Source: Thermoanaerobaculia bacterium
Lineage (GTDB): Bacteria > Acidobacteriota > Thermoanaerobaculia > Thermoanaerobaculales > Sulfomarinibacteraceae
Length of the DNA: 64,000 bases
Reading direction: 5' to 3'
Assembly (NCBI GenBank): GCA_027061805.1
Contig: JAMOWA010000045.1
Span: 49,317-113,316, forward strand
Part shown: in pieces, positions 53,952 through 64,000 of the stretch
Numbering within the stretch: the first letter of the stretch is position 1
Layout: each line of letters begins with the position of its first letter
Position numbers and translations under genes: made by a program
The notes under the pieces: generated by a model
Database searches by the model: none
What the model was told of the DNA's origin: nothing
The model's input: only the letters and a program-made list of their open reading frames with translations

Positions 53952-54416
53952 TCAGCGGACCTCGGCGAAGAGGTAGAGGCGGGCGGTGGCCCTGAGGACA
54001 TCGGCCTGGACCCTGATCTTCTCCCTGGCGATCTTCCGCTGGCCGGCCTTCACCCGGACCTTCTTGAGCTCCACACGGTCCAGTCCCACTCCCTGCTCGT
54101 CCTCGAAGATGAGGACCACCATCACACTGGCGGTGCGGCCGGTGGTGTTCTCGAAGCCCATCCTGACCTGTGCCTTCACCTCGGTTCCGGAGGGAAGTGT
54201 CGCCCGCTCCGGTGCCACCTGCAGGCCGAACCAGCGGATCCCGGCGATCTGGACCTTGGGGTTGACCGTCTCGCCCACGGTGTACTCGATCTCACCCTGC
54301 CAGGGGTTCTCGGCCTCCGTGAACTGAACCTCCGGCTCCTGGGCCATCACCTGGGCCGTCACCAGGAGCCCGACCCCGAGCACCACCGAAAGGACCACCC
54401 TCCATCGTGCGTTCAT
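53952..54416 (-). CDS. secreted hypothetical protein (154 aa)
   Basis: Clear signal peptide (RVVLSVVLGVGLLVTAQVMAQE) and a beta-rich, balanced composition. No family recognised. Confidence 0.55.
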   Translation of the reverse strand: MNARWRVVLSVVLGVGLLVTAQVMAQEPEVQFTEAENPWQGEIEYTVGETVNPKVQIAGIRWFGLQVAPERATLPSGTEVKAQVRMGFENTTGRTASVMVVLIFEDEQGVGLDRVELKKVRVKAGQRKIAREKIRVQADVLRATARLYLFAEVR

Positions 54417-54670
54417 GACATCCCCCTGGGGTTCACCCCGGATGCTTCGTGACGCCAGTCACGTGTTGCTGGCCATTATACACCCGGGAATCCCTGGGGA
54501 AGGCGAGACCGTCCAGGGGTCTTCGAGGCGAGAAATGGTTTCCTTTTGTCGATTTGTACGCTATCGTATCGGAGATGGCGGACCGCAGGTCCCCATCCCG
54601 GCGCCGGCACACGGCCCCCCTGAGGGGCCGGCCGCGAAACCAGACCACACCGGCGCCCCCGGGAGACCCA

Positions 54671-56824
54671 GTGACACGACGCATGCTGATCAACGCGCAG
54701 CGCCCCCAGGAGCTGCGCATCGCCGTGGTGAGCGGCGACACGCTCGAGGACTACCAGGTGGCCATCGCCCAGGCGGGGCTGACCCGCGGCAACATCTACC
54801 GCGGTGTGGTGGCCTCCGTACAACCCAGCCTGGACGCGGCCTTCGTGGACTACGGTGCCGCCCGTGACGGGCTGCTCAGGGCGGGCGACGTGGTGCCTCA
54901 GGCCTTCCACAGGACCCCGCCGGAGGGCAGCCGGCGGTACCGCATCGACAAGATGCTGGAGCGGGGCAAGCCCATCCTGGTCCAGGTGACCAAGGACCCC
55001 TCCGGAACCAAGGGTGCCGCCCTGACCACCAACATCAGCCTGGCCGGCCGGTACCTGGTGCTCATGCCCTACGACGACGTCCGGGGCATCTCCCGGAAGG
55101 TGGAGGACGAGGACGAGCGCCGGGCGCTCCGCGAGGTGGTGCTGAAGCTGGCGGCCCCCGAGGGCTTCGGCTTCATCGTGAGGACCAACGCCATCGGCCA
55201 GAGCAAGACGGCGCTCAACCGGGACCTCAACGCCCTGCTGCGCCTGTGGAAGCGCATCCGCTCCGAGGCCAACCAGGGCAAGGGCCCCCGGCTGCTCTAC
55301 AGCGACCAGGACCTCATCGTCCAGGCCGTGCGGGACATGCTCAGCTCCGACGTGGACGAGGTCCTCGTGGACGACGACGAGGCCTTCGAGCGGGTCCAGG
55401 CGGCCATGCGGGCCTTCATGCCCCGGTCGAAGACACGGCTGGTCCGCTACCGGGAGAAGGTGCCCCTGTTCTCCCGGTACAACATGGAGAGCCAGCTGGA
55501 GCGGATCTTCCAGCCGCGGGTGGAGCTGCCGTGCGGGGGCTCCATCGTCATCGAGGGCACCGAGGCCCTCACGGCCATCGACGTGAACTCGGGCCGCTCC
55601 ACCCGTGCCGGCAGCCAGGAGGAGACCGCCTACGCCACCAACCTGGAGGCCGTCCAGGAGGTGGCGCGGCAGCTTCGCCTCCGGGACATCGGTGGCCTGG
55701 TGGTGGTGGACCTCATCGACATGAGCCAGACCAAGCACCGCAAGGCGGTGGAGAAGGCCATGCGCGACGCCGTGAAGGCCGACCGCGCCCGGGTTTCCGT
55801 GGGCCGGATCAGCCCCAACGGCCTGCTGGAGATCAACCGTCAGCGTCTGAAGACGCCCCTGGTGCTCAGGACCCACCGTCTCTGTCCCACCTGTGGTGGC
55901 GGCGGGCGGATCCCCAGCCCCGAGACGGTGAGCCTGACCATCCTGCGCCGCATCGAGGAGAGGGCGGCCACGGGCCGCCTCAAGGGTGTGAAGGTGCGGC
56001 TCCACCCAGAGCTCGCGGACGCCCTCCAGAACCACTACCGGGCCGAGCTCGCGGCCCTGGAGGCCCAGCACGAGATCCGCATCGAGGTGATGGCGGCCCC
56101 GGGCCTCCACCGCTCCGAGGAGGACATCCAGTGGGTCACCGGCCGCCTTCCCGAGGAGACGGCGCAGGCGCCGAAGGAGGCCCCCGCCGTCCAGGTGACC
56201 GACCTGACCACCGGTGGGGGGCCCGCAGCCCAGGCCCAGCGGACCGAGCGGCGCGAGGAGGCGCCGGAGCGCACACAGGCCGCGGAGGGTGGCTCCGAGA
56301 GCCGGTCCGCCGAGGAGGAGACGGGAGAGCCCCGGACCAAGCGCCGGCGCTCCAGGGGCCGCCGCCGGAAGAAACCCTCCGGGGAGGAGAACGGCTCCCA
56401 GCCGGCCCGTGAGGAGGGAGAGGGAACCGCCACGGAAGTCCCCGCCGCCCGTGAGCCCGAGGCCACCGCCGAGACCGAGGGTACGGCGGAGGGCGAGTCC
56501 CGGGATGACGGCGGCGAGGCCAGGAAGAGCTCCTCCCGCCGCCGCCGCCGTCCCCGCCGCCGGAAGAAACCCTCCAGCGGCGGAGAGACCGGCGCGGCTG
56601 GCGGAGAGGCCACGGACCGCACCGCGAAGGACACCGCGGAGCCCCCGGACGCTCCGGCGTCACGGGATGAGGGGGAACGCGATGGGAGGTCCGCCTCCCC
56701 GCAGGAGAGGCCCGCACGCAAGCCCGAGCCCGAGTCCGCCCGGGAGGAGGACCGGGACCGCGGCGAGGGAGAGACCGATCCCGCGCCCCGGGGCCTCTGG
56801 AACCGCCTCTTCGGCATCGACTGA
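54671..56824 (+). CDS. rne: ribonuclease E/G family endoribonuclease with Arg/Glu-rich disordered C-terminal tail
   Basis: The GTG at 54671 gives VTRRMLINAQRPQELRIAVV (compare E. coli MKRMLINA). Also an S1 domain GNIYRGVVASVQPSLDAAFVDYG, FIVRTNA, IEGTEALTAIDVNSG, GGLVVVDLIDM, and a CPTCGGGG Zn-link. The ATG at 54683 is an alternative start. Confidence 0.9.
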   Translation: MTRRMLINAQRPQELRIAVVSGDTLEDYQVAIAQAGLTRGNIYRGVVASVQPSLDAAFVDYGAARDGLLRAGDVVPQAFHRTPPEGSRRYRIDKMLERGKPILVQVTKDPSGTKGAALTTNISLAGRYLVLMPYDDVRGISRKVEDEDERRALREVVLKLAAPEGFGFIVRTNAIGQSKTALNRDLNALLRLWKRIRSEANQGKGPRLLYSDQDLIVQAVRDMLSSDVDEVLVDDDEAFERVQAAMRAFMPRSKTRLVRYREKVPLFSRYNMESQLERIFQPRVELPCGGSIVIEGTEALTAIDVNSGRSTRAGSQEETAYATNLEAVQEVARQLRLRDIGGLVVVDLIDMSQTKHRKAVEKAMRDAVKADRARVSVGRISPNGLLEINRQRLKTPLVLRTHRLCPTCGGGGRIPSPETVSLTILRRIEERAATGRLKGVKVRLHPELADALQNHYRAELAALEAQHEIRIEVMAAPGLHRSEEDIQWVTGRLPEETAQAPKEAPAVQVTDLTTGGGPAAQAQRTERREEAPERTQAAEGGSESRSAEEETGEPRTKRRRSRGRRRKKPSGEENGSQPAREEGEGTATEVPAAREPEATAETEGTAEGESRDDGGEARKSSSRRRRRPRRRKKPSSGGETGAAGGEATDRTAKDTAEPPDAPASRDEGERDGRSASPQERPARKPEPESAREEDRDRGEGETDPAPRGLWNRLFGID

Positions 56825-56832
56825 ACCGGGGA

Positions 56833-58383
56833 TCAGGACCCCAGCCTGCGGATCTCCTGGTAGAGGGGCCGGAGGCGGTCGTACATCCTCCGGTACACCT
56901 TCCAGTAGAGGTCCTCGTAGATCCCGCGGGCCGCGGGGCGGGGCTCGAAGACCCGTCCCACCCGCGTCATGGCGGCCACGGCGGCGCGCATGTCGGGGTG
57001 GAGACCCAGGCCCACGGCGGCATCCATGGCCGCACCGAGGCCCGAGGCCTCGAACACGTGGGGGCGGATCGCGGGCAGGCCGAAGATGTCGGCCGTGAGC
57101 TGGAGCGCCGCGTCGGACTGGGAACCGCCCCCCGCCACCCTCAGCTCGGTGGCGGGCACACCGGTGCGGGTCTGGAGCCGCTCGAGCCCCTCCCGGAGGG
57201 CGTAGGCGAGTCCCTCCAGGATCGCCCTGTAGAGGTGGGCCCGGGTGTGGACGTCACCGAAACCGATGATGGCCCCCCGCGCCTCCGGTCCCGGGAACCG
57301 GACCCCGGGTGACCAGTAGGGCTGGAGCACCAGACCGTCCGAGCCCGGGGGCACGGCCTCCACCAGCTCGTCGAAGAGGGCCTCGGGCGCCACCCCCCGC
57401 TCGGCCGCCAGGCGCAGCTCCCGTTCCCCGAACTCCCTCTTGAACCACGAGACCATCCAGTAGCCGCGGTAGATCTGCACCTCGAGGGTCCAGGCCCCGG
57501 GTACCGCGGCGGGGTAGGGGGGGAGCCACCGCATGGGCTCCACGTACCGGCTGGAGGTGACGTTCACGGTGGCCGTGGTGCCGTAGCTGAGGCAGGCCAC
57601 GCTGGTGTCGAGGGCCCCCGACCCCAGGACCTCGCAGGCCTTGTCCGCCGCGGCGGCCACCAGGGGCAGGCCCGCCGGGATTCCGGTGGCCTCCGAGGCC
57701 TCCCGCGTGATCTCGCCGAGGATGCCCGTTGGTGGCACGAGTTCGGGCAGCATGTCCGGCTGCACCGGGACCGCCGTCCACTTCCAGTCGCCCCGGCCGG
57801 CCCACCGGAGCTTCCTGTAGTCGAAGGGGACGTACCCCACCTGGCACCCGACGGAATCCACGAGACGCCCCACCAGCCTGTGGGTGAGGAACCCCGACAG
57901 GAAGAGGAGCCGGTGGGTCCGTTCCCACACCCCGGGCTCGTGGGTCCGGATCCAGTTGGCCTCGGCCTCGGCCTGGAAGTAGGCCACGGTGTCGGCGAGG
58001 CCCAGGATCCGGAACGCCACGCCCCAGATCCCGCCGAGGGGAGGCAGACCCTCGGTCCGGCGCCGGTCCAGCCAGACGATGGCCCGGCGGAGCGGCCGCC
58101 CCTCCGCATCCACCGGGATCACGGTGTTCCGCTGGGTGGTCAGGGCCACGCCCGTCACCGCCTCCGGCGGGACGGGGCTCGTGGACCACAGGGACCTGCA
58201 GGCCTCGCAGAGCCTGTCCCAGTAGTACTCCGCGTCCTGCTCGGCCCACCCGGGCCTGTCGGAGATGTAGGGCACGAGCTCCACCTTGGAGCGGGCCACC
58301 AGGTTGCCCCCGAGGTCGAAGAGCAGGGCCCGCACGCTCTGGGTGCCGTTGTCGATGGCCAGGATGTGGTCGCGGGTCGTCAC
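56833..58383 (-). CDS. FGGY-family carbohydrate kinase
   Basis: [17 protein letters not shown], a GWAEQD-type motif, and C-terminal [24 protein letters not shown]. Confidence 0.85.
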   Translation of the reverse strand: MTTRDHILAIDNGTQSVRALLFDLGGNLVARSKVELVPYISDRPGWAEQDAEYYWDRLCEACRSLWSTSPVPPEAVTGVALTTQRNTVIPVDAEGRPLRRAIVWLDRRRTEGLPPLGGIWGVAFRILGLADTVAYFQAEAEANWIRTHEPGVWERTHRLLFLSGFLTHRLVGRLVDSVGCQVGYVPFDYRKLRWAGRGDWKWTAVPVQPDMLPELVPPTGILGEITREASEATGIPAGLPLVAAAADKACEVLGSGALDTSVACLSYGTTATVNVTSSRYVEPMRWLPPYPAAVPGAWTLEVQIYRGYWMVSWFKREFGERELRLAAERGVAPEALFDELVEAVPPGSDGLVLQPYWSPGVRFPGPEARGAIIGFGDVHTRAHLYRAILEGLAYALREGLERLQTRTGVPATELRVAGGGSQSDAALQLTADIFGLPAIRPHVFEASGLGAAMDAAVGLGLHPDMRAAVAAMTRVGRVFEPRPAARGIYEDLYWKVYRRMYDRLRPLYQEIRRLGS

Positions 58384-58408
58384 CGGTCCATGGTACCCCG
58401 CCGCGGCC

Positions 58409-59563
58409 TCACCGGCGCAGCCTCCGGACCTCGGCCACCACGAGGGCGGCGGCGTGCTCCACCTCCTCGCGGGTGGTGGGCCGTCCCAGGCTGAACCGGA
58501 GGGACGCCCCGGCGAGGCGCGTCGGCACCCCCATGGCCCGCAGCACGTGGGAGGGCTCCGGGCTGCCCGAGCCGCAGGCCGAGCCGGTGCTCACCGCCAG
58601 GCCGGGGAGCGAGGCGAGGAGGGCGTTCCCGTCCACCCCCCCGAACCCGATGCTGGTGGTGTTGGGGAGCCGGGGGGCGCCGGACCCGTGGATGTGGACC
58701 CCGTCCAGCTCCGCGAGGAGGAGGGTTTCCAGGAGGTCCCGGAGCTCCCCGAGGCGGGCGGCGCTGTGGACCCGGTCCCGCGAGGCGATCTCCAGGGCGG
58801 TGGCCAGCCCCACGGCCCCGGGCACGTTGGGCGTTCCGGCCCGGAGGCCCCGCTCCTGGCCCCCCCCGTGGAGCAGGGGGGCAGGCTCGAGGGGTGGGCG
58901 CCGCCGGCGGATCCAGAGGATGCCGATGCCCTTGGGGCCGTGGACCTTGTGCCCCGAGAGGGAGAGGAGGTCCACCCCGAGCTCCGTCACGTCCACGGGC
59001 AGGCGGCCGGGGGCCTGGACCGCGTCGCAGTGGATCAGGCCTCCCGCGGCATGGACCATCCGGGCGGCCTCCTCCACCGGCTGGACGACGCCGGTCTCGT
59101 TGTTGGCGAGCATGAGGCTCACCAGGGCCGGACCCTCCCGGAGGGCCGCCTCCAGCTCCTCCAGCCGGATGCGGCCCGAACCGTCCACGCCGAGGACGCG
59201 GACCTTCCAGCCCCGGCGCTCCAGCACGCGGGCGGGCTCGAGAACGGTACGGTGCTCGGTGGCCTGGGTGACGAGCCTGCGGATCCGGAGGGAGGGGCTG
59301 GCGGCCAGGCCCAGCAGGGCGAGGTTGGCGGCCTCGGTGGCCCCCGAGGTGAAGATCACCTCGGTGGACGAGGCGGCCCCGATGGTGGAGGCCACCCTGC
59401 ATCGGGCCTGCTCCAGTGCCGTGAACGCCTCCCGGCCCGGCGCGTGGGCGCGGCTCGCCGGGTTGGCGAAGAGGCGTCCGAGGAAGGGCAGCATGGCCTC
59501 CACCACCTCCGGATCGCAGGGTGTGGTCGCGTTGTGGTCCAGGTAGATGACGGGCGGAGCCAT
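58409..59563 (-). CDS. cysteine desulfurase (NifS/IscS type)
   Basis: [22 protein letters not shown]-like [36 protein letters not shown], and the active-site loop STGSACGSG. Confidence 0.9.
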   Translation of the reverse strand: MAPPVIYLDHNATTPCDPEVVEAMLPFLGRLFANPASRAHAPGREAFTALEQARCRVASTIGAASSTEVIFTSGATEAANLALLGLAASPSLRIRRLVTQATEHRTVLEPARVLERRGWKVRVLGVDGSGRIRLEELEAALREGPALVSLMLANNETGVVQPVEEAARMVHAAGGLIHCDAVQAPGRLPVDVTELGVDLLSLSGHKVHGPKGIGILWIRRRRPPLEPAPLLHGGGQERGLRAGTPNVPGAVGLATALEIASRDRVHSAARLGELRDLLETLLLAELDGVHIHGSGAPRLPNTTSIGFGGVDGNALLASLPGLAVSTGSACGSGSPEPSHVLRAMGVPTRLAGASLRFSLGRPTTREEVEHAAALVVAEVRRLRR

Positions 59564-59704
59564 GGGACCTCCCTCCGGGATTGTAGGTCGTCGGGCCCGT
59601 CACCGGGGTGTTTTCCGGTCCCGTCCGGCGGCGGGCACTTGCGGCCCGGGGCGGCAGGGTCTAGGATGCCGGGGCGCGGAAAGCAACCGCGCCGGGGGTG
59701 ATTC

Positions 59705-61210
59705 ATGAAGAAGACGTTGTTGGCCTGTCTCGCGATGTTCATCCTGGTGACGCCCGCATGGGCCCAGCTCACCGAGAAATACGCCACGTGGCCCGACGGG
59801 CCGGTGAAGTTCCTCCTGACGGAGAAGGAGGCGGCAGAGTACGCCACGCTGACCTCGGACGAGGCGGCCCAGCACTTCATCGACCTGTTCTGGGCGAAGC
59901 GGGATCCGGACCTGAATACGAGGATCAACGAGTTCAAGGTGGACTTTGACGCGAGGGTGGTGGCCGCCGACACGCAGTTCACCGAGAAGGACGGGACCCG
60001 CGGAGCGCTCACCGAGCGCGGCAAGACCCTGATCCTGTTGGGCAAGCCGGCCCGCCGGTGGACCCAGACCATCCAGGAGTTCCTTTCCCGTATTTACGGA
60101 GAGACCGCCGTGGGGAGCGGTGTGCCGACCTCTGCGCGGGATGCCCAGAACCAGATGCACGGGGTCTCGTTCAACTCCGCCAAGGGGCAGGCCGATGTGT
60201 GGGTCTACAGCCGTGAGCAGATCCCCGAGAGCATCAAGATTCCCAAGCGCGTGGACAACGTGATGTTCGCCTTCCTGGATACCGAGGGGACCAGTCACTA
60301 CATCCTCGACCGTTCCTACCCCGACAGCAGGTGGGGCATCAAGGTCCTGGCGGCCATGCCCGAGGTCTACCTCAAGCACCCGGAGCTCACCGAGCTTCCG
60401 GTCTTCCCGCTCATCCCGGGCACTCAGGCCGCCACCTCCGAACAGCTCGGCTGGCTGGCGCTGGATCCCGCCCCCTGGCCCGAGGGGGCCACGGCGGGCG
60501 CCGTCCAGGGCGTGGTCACCGAGAACATCTTCGCGGCGTGGGTCGCCGTGATCGTTCCCTCGAAGGGACCGGCGGTGGACCTGGCGGTGGGCCGGCTCAC
60601 CGACGCCTCGGGCGAGGTGGTGGGAACCTTCCAGAAGCCGCTGGCGGGCCTGGAGACCACGCGGGGCATGCTGTACGAGCTCATGGTCCCGTGCGGGCCG
60701 GGGACCTCTCGTTTCGAGCTGGCGCTGGCCTCGGGCGGATCGCCGGTGGCGGTGAGGGCCATGGACCTCGAGATGGAGGACGTGGAACCGGGATCCACCT
60801 GGTTCTCCCCCATGGTGGCCGGGGCCCAGATCTTCCAGATGAAGGACTTCGAGGCGGGGACGCCCTTCGTCTTCGGCGGGTATCACCTGATCCCGAGGCT
60901 GGACGGCACCTACACGAAGGACGAGCCCCTGGACTACTTCTGCCTGATCGTCCGGCCCGGCGTGGGCGAGGACGGCAAGCCGAAGATCAAGTTGAAGCTC
61001 AAGCTGTTCATGGAGGACAGGGAGATCAGCCGCCAGCCGTACCGGGCGACCGACGTCTCGCCGGTGGAGCCGAACGTGTTCATGTTCGGCTCGCAGCTGC
61101 CGCTCAACATCCTGCCAAAGCCCGGGAACTACGCCCTCGAGACGACGGTGTGGGACACCGTGAACGACGTGAAGCGCACGACCCGGATCCCCATCGTGAT
61201 CGTGGAGTAG
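59705..61210 (+). CDS. GWxTD-domain secreted protein
   Basis: Signal peptide MKKTLLACLAMFILVTPAWA, FIDLFWAKRDP, and RGALTERGKTLILLGKP, which resembles the GWxTD core. This family is common in Acidobacteriota-like genomes. Confidence 0.7.
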   Translation: MKKTLLACLAMFILVTPAWAQLTEKYATWPDGPVKFLLTEKEAAEYATLTSDEAAQHFIDLFWAKRDPDLNTRINEFKVDFDARVVAADTQFTEKDGTRGALTERGKTLILLGKPARRWTQTIQEFLSRIYGETAVGSGVPTSARDAQNQMHGVSFNSAKGQADVWVYSREQIPESIKIPKRVDNVMFAFLDTEGTSHYILDRSYPDSRWGIKVLAAMPEVYLKHPELTELPVFPLIPGTQAATSEQLGWLALDPAPWPEGATAGAVQGVVTENIFAAWVAVIVPSKGPAVDLAVGRLTDASGEVVGTFQKPLAGLETTRGMLYELMVPCGPGTSRFELALASGGSPVAVRAMDLEMEDVEPGSTWFSPMVAGAQIFQMKDFEAGTPFVFGGYHLIPRLDGTYTKDEPLDYFCLIVRPGVGEDGKPKIKLKLKLFMEDREISRQPYRATDVSPVEPNVFMFGSQLPLNILPKPGNYALETTVWDTVNDVKRTTRIPIVIVE

Positions 61211-61226
61211 GGACCGGGGAGACACC

Positions 61227-62465
61227 ATGAGCGGATCCGAGAACGAGCGGCCGCGCGATGTCTTCATCAGCGTGGAGGAGGCGGCCCGCCGCCTGGCCGA
61301 GGGCCACCAGGTCATCGTGGTGGACGACCAGGACCGGGAGAACGAGGGCGACCTCATCCTGGCGGCCGACCGGGTGACGCCGGAGGCCATCAACTTCATG
61401 GCCCGCTTCGGGCGGGGGCTGATCTGCGTGGCCCTCACGGGGGACCGGTGTGACGAGCTGGACCTGCCCCTCATGGTGGAGCGGAACCGCAACACCTCCG
61501 CCCACGAGACCGCCTTCTGCGTCTCCGTGGAGGTGAGGGCCGGGACCACCACGGGCATCTCGGCCCACGACCGGGCGGCCACGGTCCGGGCCCTCGTGGA
61601 CCCCTCCACCCGGCCGGAGGACCTGGTGAAACCGGGTCACATGTTTCCCCTCCGGGCCCGCCGGGGCGGGGTCCTCAAGCGGGCCGGCCACACCGAGGCC
61701 GCCGTGGACCTGGCGCGGCTCGCCGGGCTCACCCCGGCCGGCGTCCTGTGCGAGATCATGGACGACGACGGCCAGATGGCCCGCCTCCCGCGGCTGGTGG
61801 AGTTCGCCCGTGAGCACGGTCTGGGCGTGCTCACGGTGGCGGACCTGATCGCGTACCGCCTGCGATCCGAGCGGCTGGTGGAGCGCGTGGCGGGTCCCCG
61901 TCTCCCCACCACATACGGCGAGTTCCGGATCCTGGGGTACCGGAACCGCGTGACGGGGGAGGAGCACCTGGCCCTGGTCATGGGAGAGATCGATCCCGAG
62001 GTGCCCGTGCTCGTCCGGGTCCACTCCCAGTGCCTCACCGGGGACGTGTTCGCCTCGGCCCGGTGCGACTGCGGGCGCCAGCTCGACGAGGCGCTCTCGC
62101 GCATCGCGGAGGAGGGGCACGGGGTGCTGCTCTACCTGCTCCAGGAGGGCCGCGGGATCGGGCTCTTCAACAAGCTGCGGGCCTACGAGCTGCAGGACGG
62201 GGGTGAGGACACGGTGGAGGCCAACGTCCACCTGGGCTTCCCCCCGGACCCGCGGGACTACGGCACGGGGGCCCAGATCCTCATGGACCTGGGGGTCCGC
62301 CGCATGCGCCTCATGACCAACAACCCCAAGAAGTACGCGGCGCTGGCGGGCTTCGGGCTCGAGATCGTGGAACGGGTGCCCCTGGAGGTCCCCCCCACCG
62401 AGGACACGCGGTCCTACCTGGAGACGAAGAAACGCAAGCTCGGGCACCTGCTCGACCTGGTCTGA
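61227..62465 (+). CDS. ribBA: bifunctional 3,4-dihydroxy-2-butanone-4-phosphate synthase / GTP cyclohydrolase II
   Basis: VVDDQDRENEGDLILAA, GLICVAL, GHMFPLRA and RAGHTEAAVDLARLAG (RibB half). VRVHSQCLTGDVFASARCDCGRQL and LLYLLQEGRGIGL (RibA half). Confidence 0.95.
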   Translation: MSGSENERPRDVFISVEEAARRLAEGHQVIVVDDQDRENEGDLILAADRVTPEAINFMARFGRGLICVALTGDRCDELDLPLMVERNRNTSAHETAFCVSVEVRAGTTTGISAHDRAATVRALVDPSTRPEDLVKPGHMFPLRARRGGVLKRAGHTEAAVDLARLAGLTPAGVLCEIMDDDGQMARLPRLVEFAREHGLGVLTVADLIAYRLRSERLVERVAGPRLPTTYGEFRILGYRNRVTGEEHLALVMGEIDPEVPVLVRVHSQCLTGDVFASARCDCGRQLDEALSRIAEEGHGVLLYLLQEGRGIGLFNKLRAYELQDGGEDTVEANVHLGFPPDPRDYGTGAQILMDLGVRRMRLMTNNPKKYAALAGFGLEIVERVPLEVPPTEDTRSYLETKKRKLGHLLDLV

Positions 62466-62466
62466 G

Positions 62467-64000
62467 GTGCCCGGGGAGGATGCCGGTCCCGACGTGACGA
62501 TCGCGCTGCCACCGCTGGACGATCTCGCCGCCGCCCTCCGTGGCGGCGGTGGTCTCTACGCCGTGGGCGGCGTGGTGCCGGAGGCCAGGGCCCTTCCCCT
62601 GGCCTCGCTGCTGGCCGCGGGCTGGCCCGGGGGCCCGGCCCTGGTGGTGGTGCCCGGCGTGGGGGAGGCCGCGGAGCTGGCGGCGGGTCTCGACATCCTG
62701 GCACCGGAGGTGCCCGTCGCGGTGGTGCCCGCCGAGCTGGCCGCCCCCTACCTGGGCTCCGAGCCGCCGCTGGCCGCACGGCTCGAGCTGGCCCGCATCC
62801 TCCACCGGATGGCCTCGGGCGGCATCCGTGTGCTGGTGGCACCGGCGCGGGCGCTCCTGGTCCGGGTACCGTCGCCCGCCTCCATCGCCGGTCGCGTCCT
62901 GAGGATCTGCCTGGACGATCTCCTGGACCCCGGGGAGCTCGCGGTGGAGCTGGTGGAGCTGGGCTACCGGAGGGTGGACCTGGTGGAGTCCGCGGGGGAG
63001 TTCTCCATCCGCGGCGCCGTGGTGGACGTCCACGGAGGCGGGGCGGCGCCGGTCCGCCTGGAGCTGGACGACATCGTGGTGGAGGCGATCCGGCCCTTCG
63101 ATCCCGCCACGCAGCGGTCTGGGCGGGACCGGCTGGAGTCCGTGACGCTGCTCCCCCTCGAACCGTTCTCCCCGGAGTGCCGGACGGCCCTCGCCGGTCA
63201 CCTCGAGAGGGACCTGCCTGCCCTGGCGGGCCTGGTCCGCGAGGGGGCCGAACGCCGGCTGTGGTGGGCGGCGGAGGGGCTCGTTGCCCCGTCCTCCGCC
63301 TGGATGGAGCTCGTGGGGGAGACGATCGTCTGCGACAGGGACGAGGTGCTCGGCGACCTGGGCCGGTGGGTCCGCCTCCAGGAGCGGGAGTGGGAGATCC
63401 TGTCGTCGCGCCACGTGGCGCTCCCGCCACCGTCGGACCTCCTGGCGGATCCCGGAGGGCTCCGGCAACGGCTGGAGGCGGTCCGGCTCCGGATCGAGCG
63501 CCTGGAGGTGACCGACGGCCACACGCGCTGGAGCCGTCTGGTCACCCACCCCCAGGACAGCTTCGTGCACCGGCTGCCGGACCTGGTTCCCACCATCCGC
63601 GCCCGCCGGGCCGCGGACCTCGCCCAGGTACTGGTGGTGGCCTCGGAGCGGGAGCGCCAGCGCTTCGAGGCCCACCTGCGGGAGGGAGGGGTGGAGCCGG
63701 CGGCGTTTCCGCCCGCCGTGGGCCAGACCTCCATCGTGGTGGGGCGGCTGGAGCGCGGCTTCGTGTGGGACGGGGGACTGGCCGTCTACGGGCGCCGCGA
63801 CCTCACGGCGGTCCCCGTCCCCCGGCCGCGCCGGCGCGGCGTGGCCGCCTTCGCGGCCGACCTGAGGGATCTCAAGCCTGGGGACCTGGTGGTCCACGCC
63901 GACCATGGCATCGGGCGTTTCGAGGGGTTCCGGACCGTGGAGGTGGAGGGGCGCCGCGTGGAGACCATGGTCCTCCGCTACCAGGGGAACGACACGCTCC
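62467..64000 (+). CDS. mfd: transcription-repair coupling factor, N-terminal ~511 codons (runs off the window end)
   Basis: The frame is open from the GTG at 62467 to the window end. The ORF track does not list it because no stop is present. LVELGYRRVDLVESAGEFSIRGAVVDV, RPFDPATQRS, and DLKPGDLVVHADHGIGRFEGFRTVEVEG...MVLRYQGNDTL match the Mfd UvrB-homology and RNAP-interaction regions. Confidence 0.85.
   Translation, partial: MPGEDAGPDVTIALPPLDDLAAALRGGGGLYAVGGVVPEARALPLASLLAAGWPGGPALVVVPGVGEAAELAAGLDILAPEVPVAVVPAELAAPYLGSEPPLAARLELARILHRMASGGIRVLVAPARALLVRVPSPASIAGRVLRICLDDLLDPGELAVELVELGYRRVDLVESAGEFSIRGAVVDVHGGGAAPVRLELDDIVVEAIRPFDPATQRSGRDRLESVTLLPLEPFSPECRTALAGHLERDLPALAGLVREGAERRLWWAAEGLVAPSSAWMELVGETIVCDRDEVLGDLGRWVRLQEREWEILSSRHVALPPPSDLLADPGGLRQRLEAVRLRIERLEVTDGHTRWSRLVTHPQDSFVHRLPDLVPTIRARRAADLAQVLVVASERERQRFEAHLREGGVEPAAFPPAVGQTSIVVGRLERGFVWDGGLAVYGRRDLTAVPVPRPRRRGVAAFAADLRDLKPGDLVVHADHGIGRFEGFRTVEVEGRRVETMVLRYQGNDTL

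Noticed and set aside
1-64000. CRISPR arrays, transposases or IS elements, prophage genes, toxin-antitoxin pairs, and classic defence systems.
   Set aside because: There are no regularly spaced repeats beyond three tiny tandem or phased repeat clusters. No recognisable transposase, integrase, Cas or restriction motifs occur in any supported ORF. The window reads as core chromosome plus one metabolic operon.

Overview
This is a very GC-rich chromosomal segment from a diderm bacterium. A CarboxypepD_reg-type TonB-dependent receptor and a GWxTD protein are typical of Acidobacteriota-like genomes, but taxonomy cannot be proven from this window. I support about 52 protein-coding loci, including two that look damaged, and one tmRNA. 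I saw no rRNA, tRNA, CRISPR array, transposase or integrase. Most of the window is housekeeping: murI/amidase cell-wall genes, ssrA, a yifB-like ATPase, an mlaFED-like lipid ABC system, dnaB, aroB/aroC, folD, coaE, recN, tsaC, hisS, queA, aspS, rfbBD, folE, rne, a NifS/IscS-type desulfurase, ribBA and mfd. The centre (20294-32561) is a ten-gene, same-strand, largely translationally coupled dissimilatory sulfur operon: aprB, aprA, a Zn-ribbon protein, a YkgJ-type Cys-cluster protein, qmoA, qmoB, qmoC, a multihaem cytochrome c fused to a TSUP/TauE permease, a TIGR02186-like protein, and sat. The candidates I consider most novel are, in order:
1. The 9-10 haem cytochrome c::TauE-like permease fusion and its partner gene, between qmoC and sat.
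2. The two Cys-rich proteins inserted between aprA and qmoA.
3. An MlaD/MCE protein whose C-terminus looks like an outer-membrane beta-barrel.
4. A 776-aa orphan protein with a cryptic class III cyclase-like core.
5. A lower-GC intergenic island with 12-bp-phased perfect DnaA-box-type repeats.
6. A 0.7-kb structured leader upstream of aprB, with an operator-like inverted repeat and a reverse-strand T9 terminator.
An mlaF-like ATPase carries a 1-nt frameshift in a homopolymer inside its Walker A motif. All family assignments come from reading motifs in the supplied translations. No database search was run.
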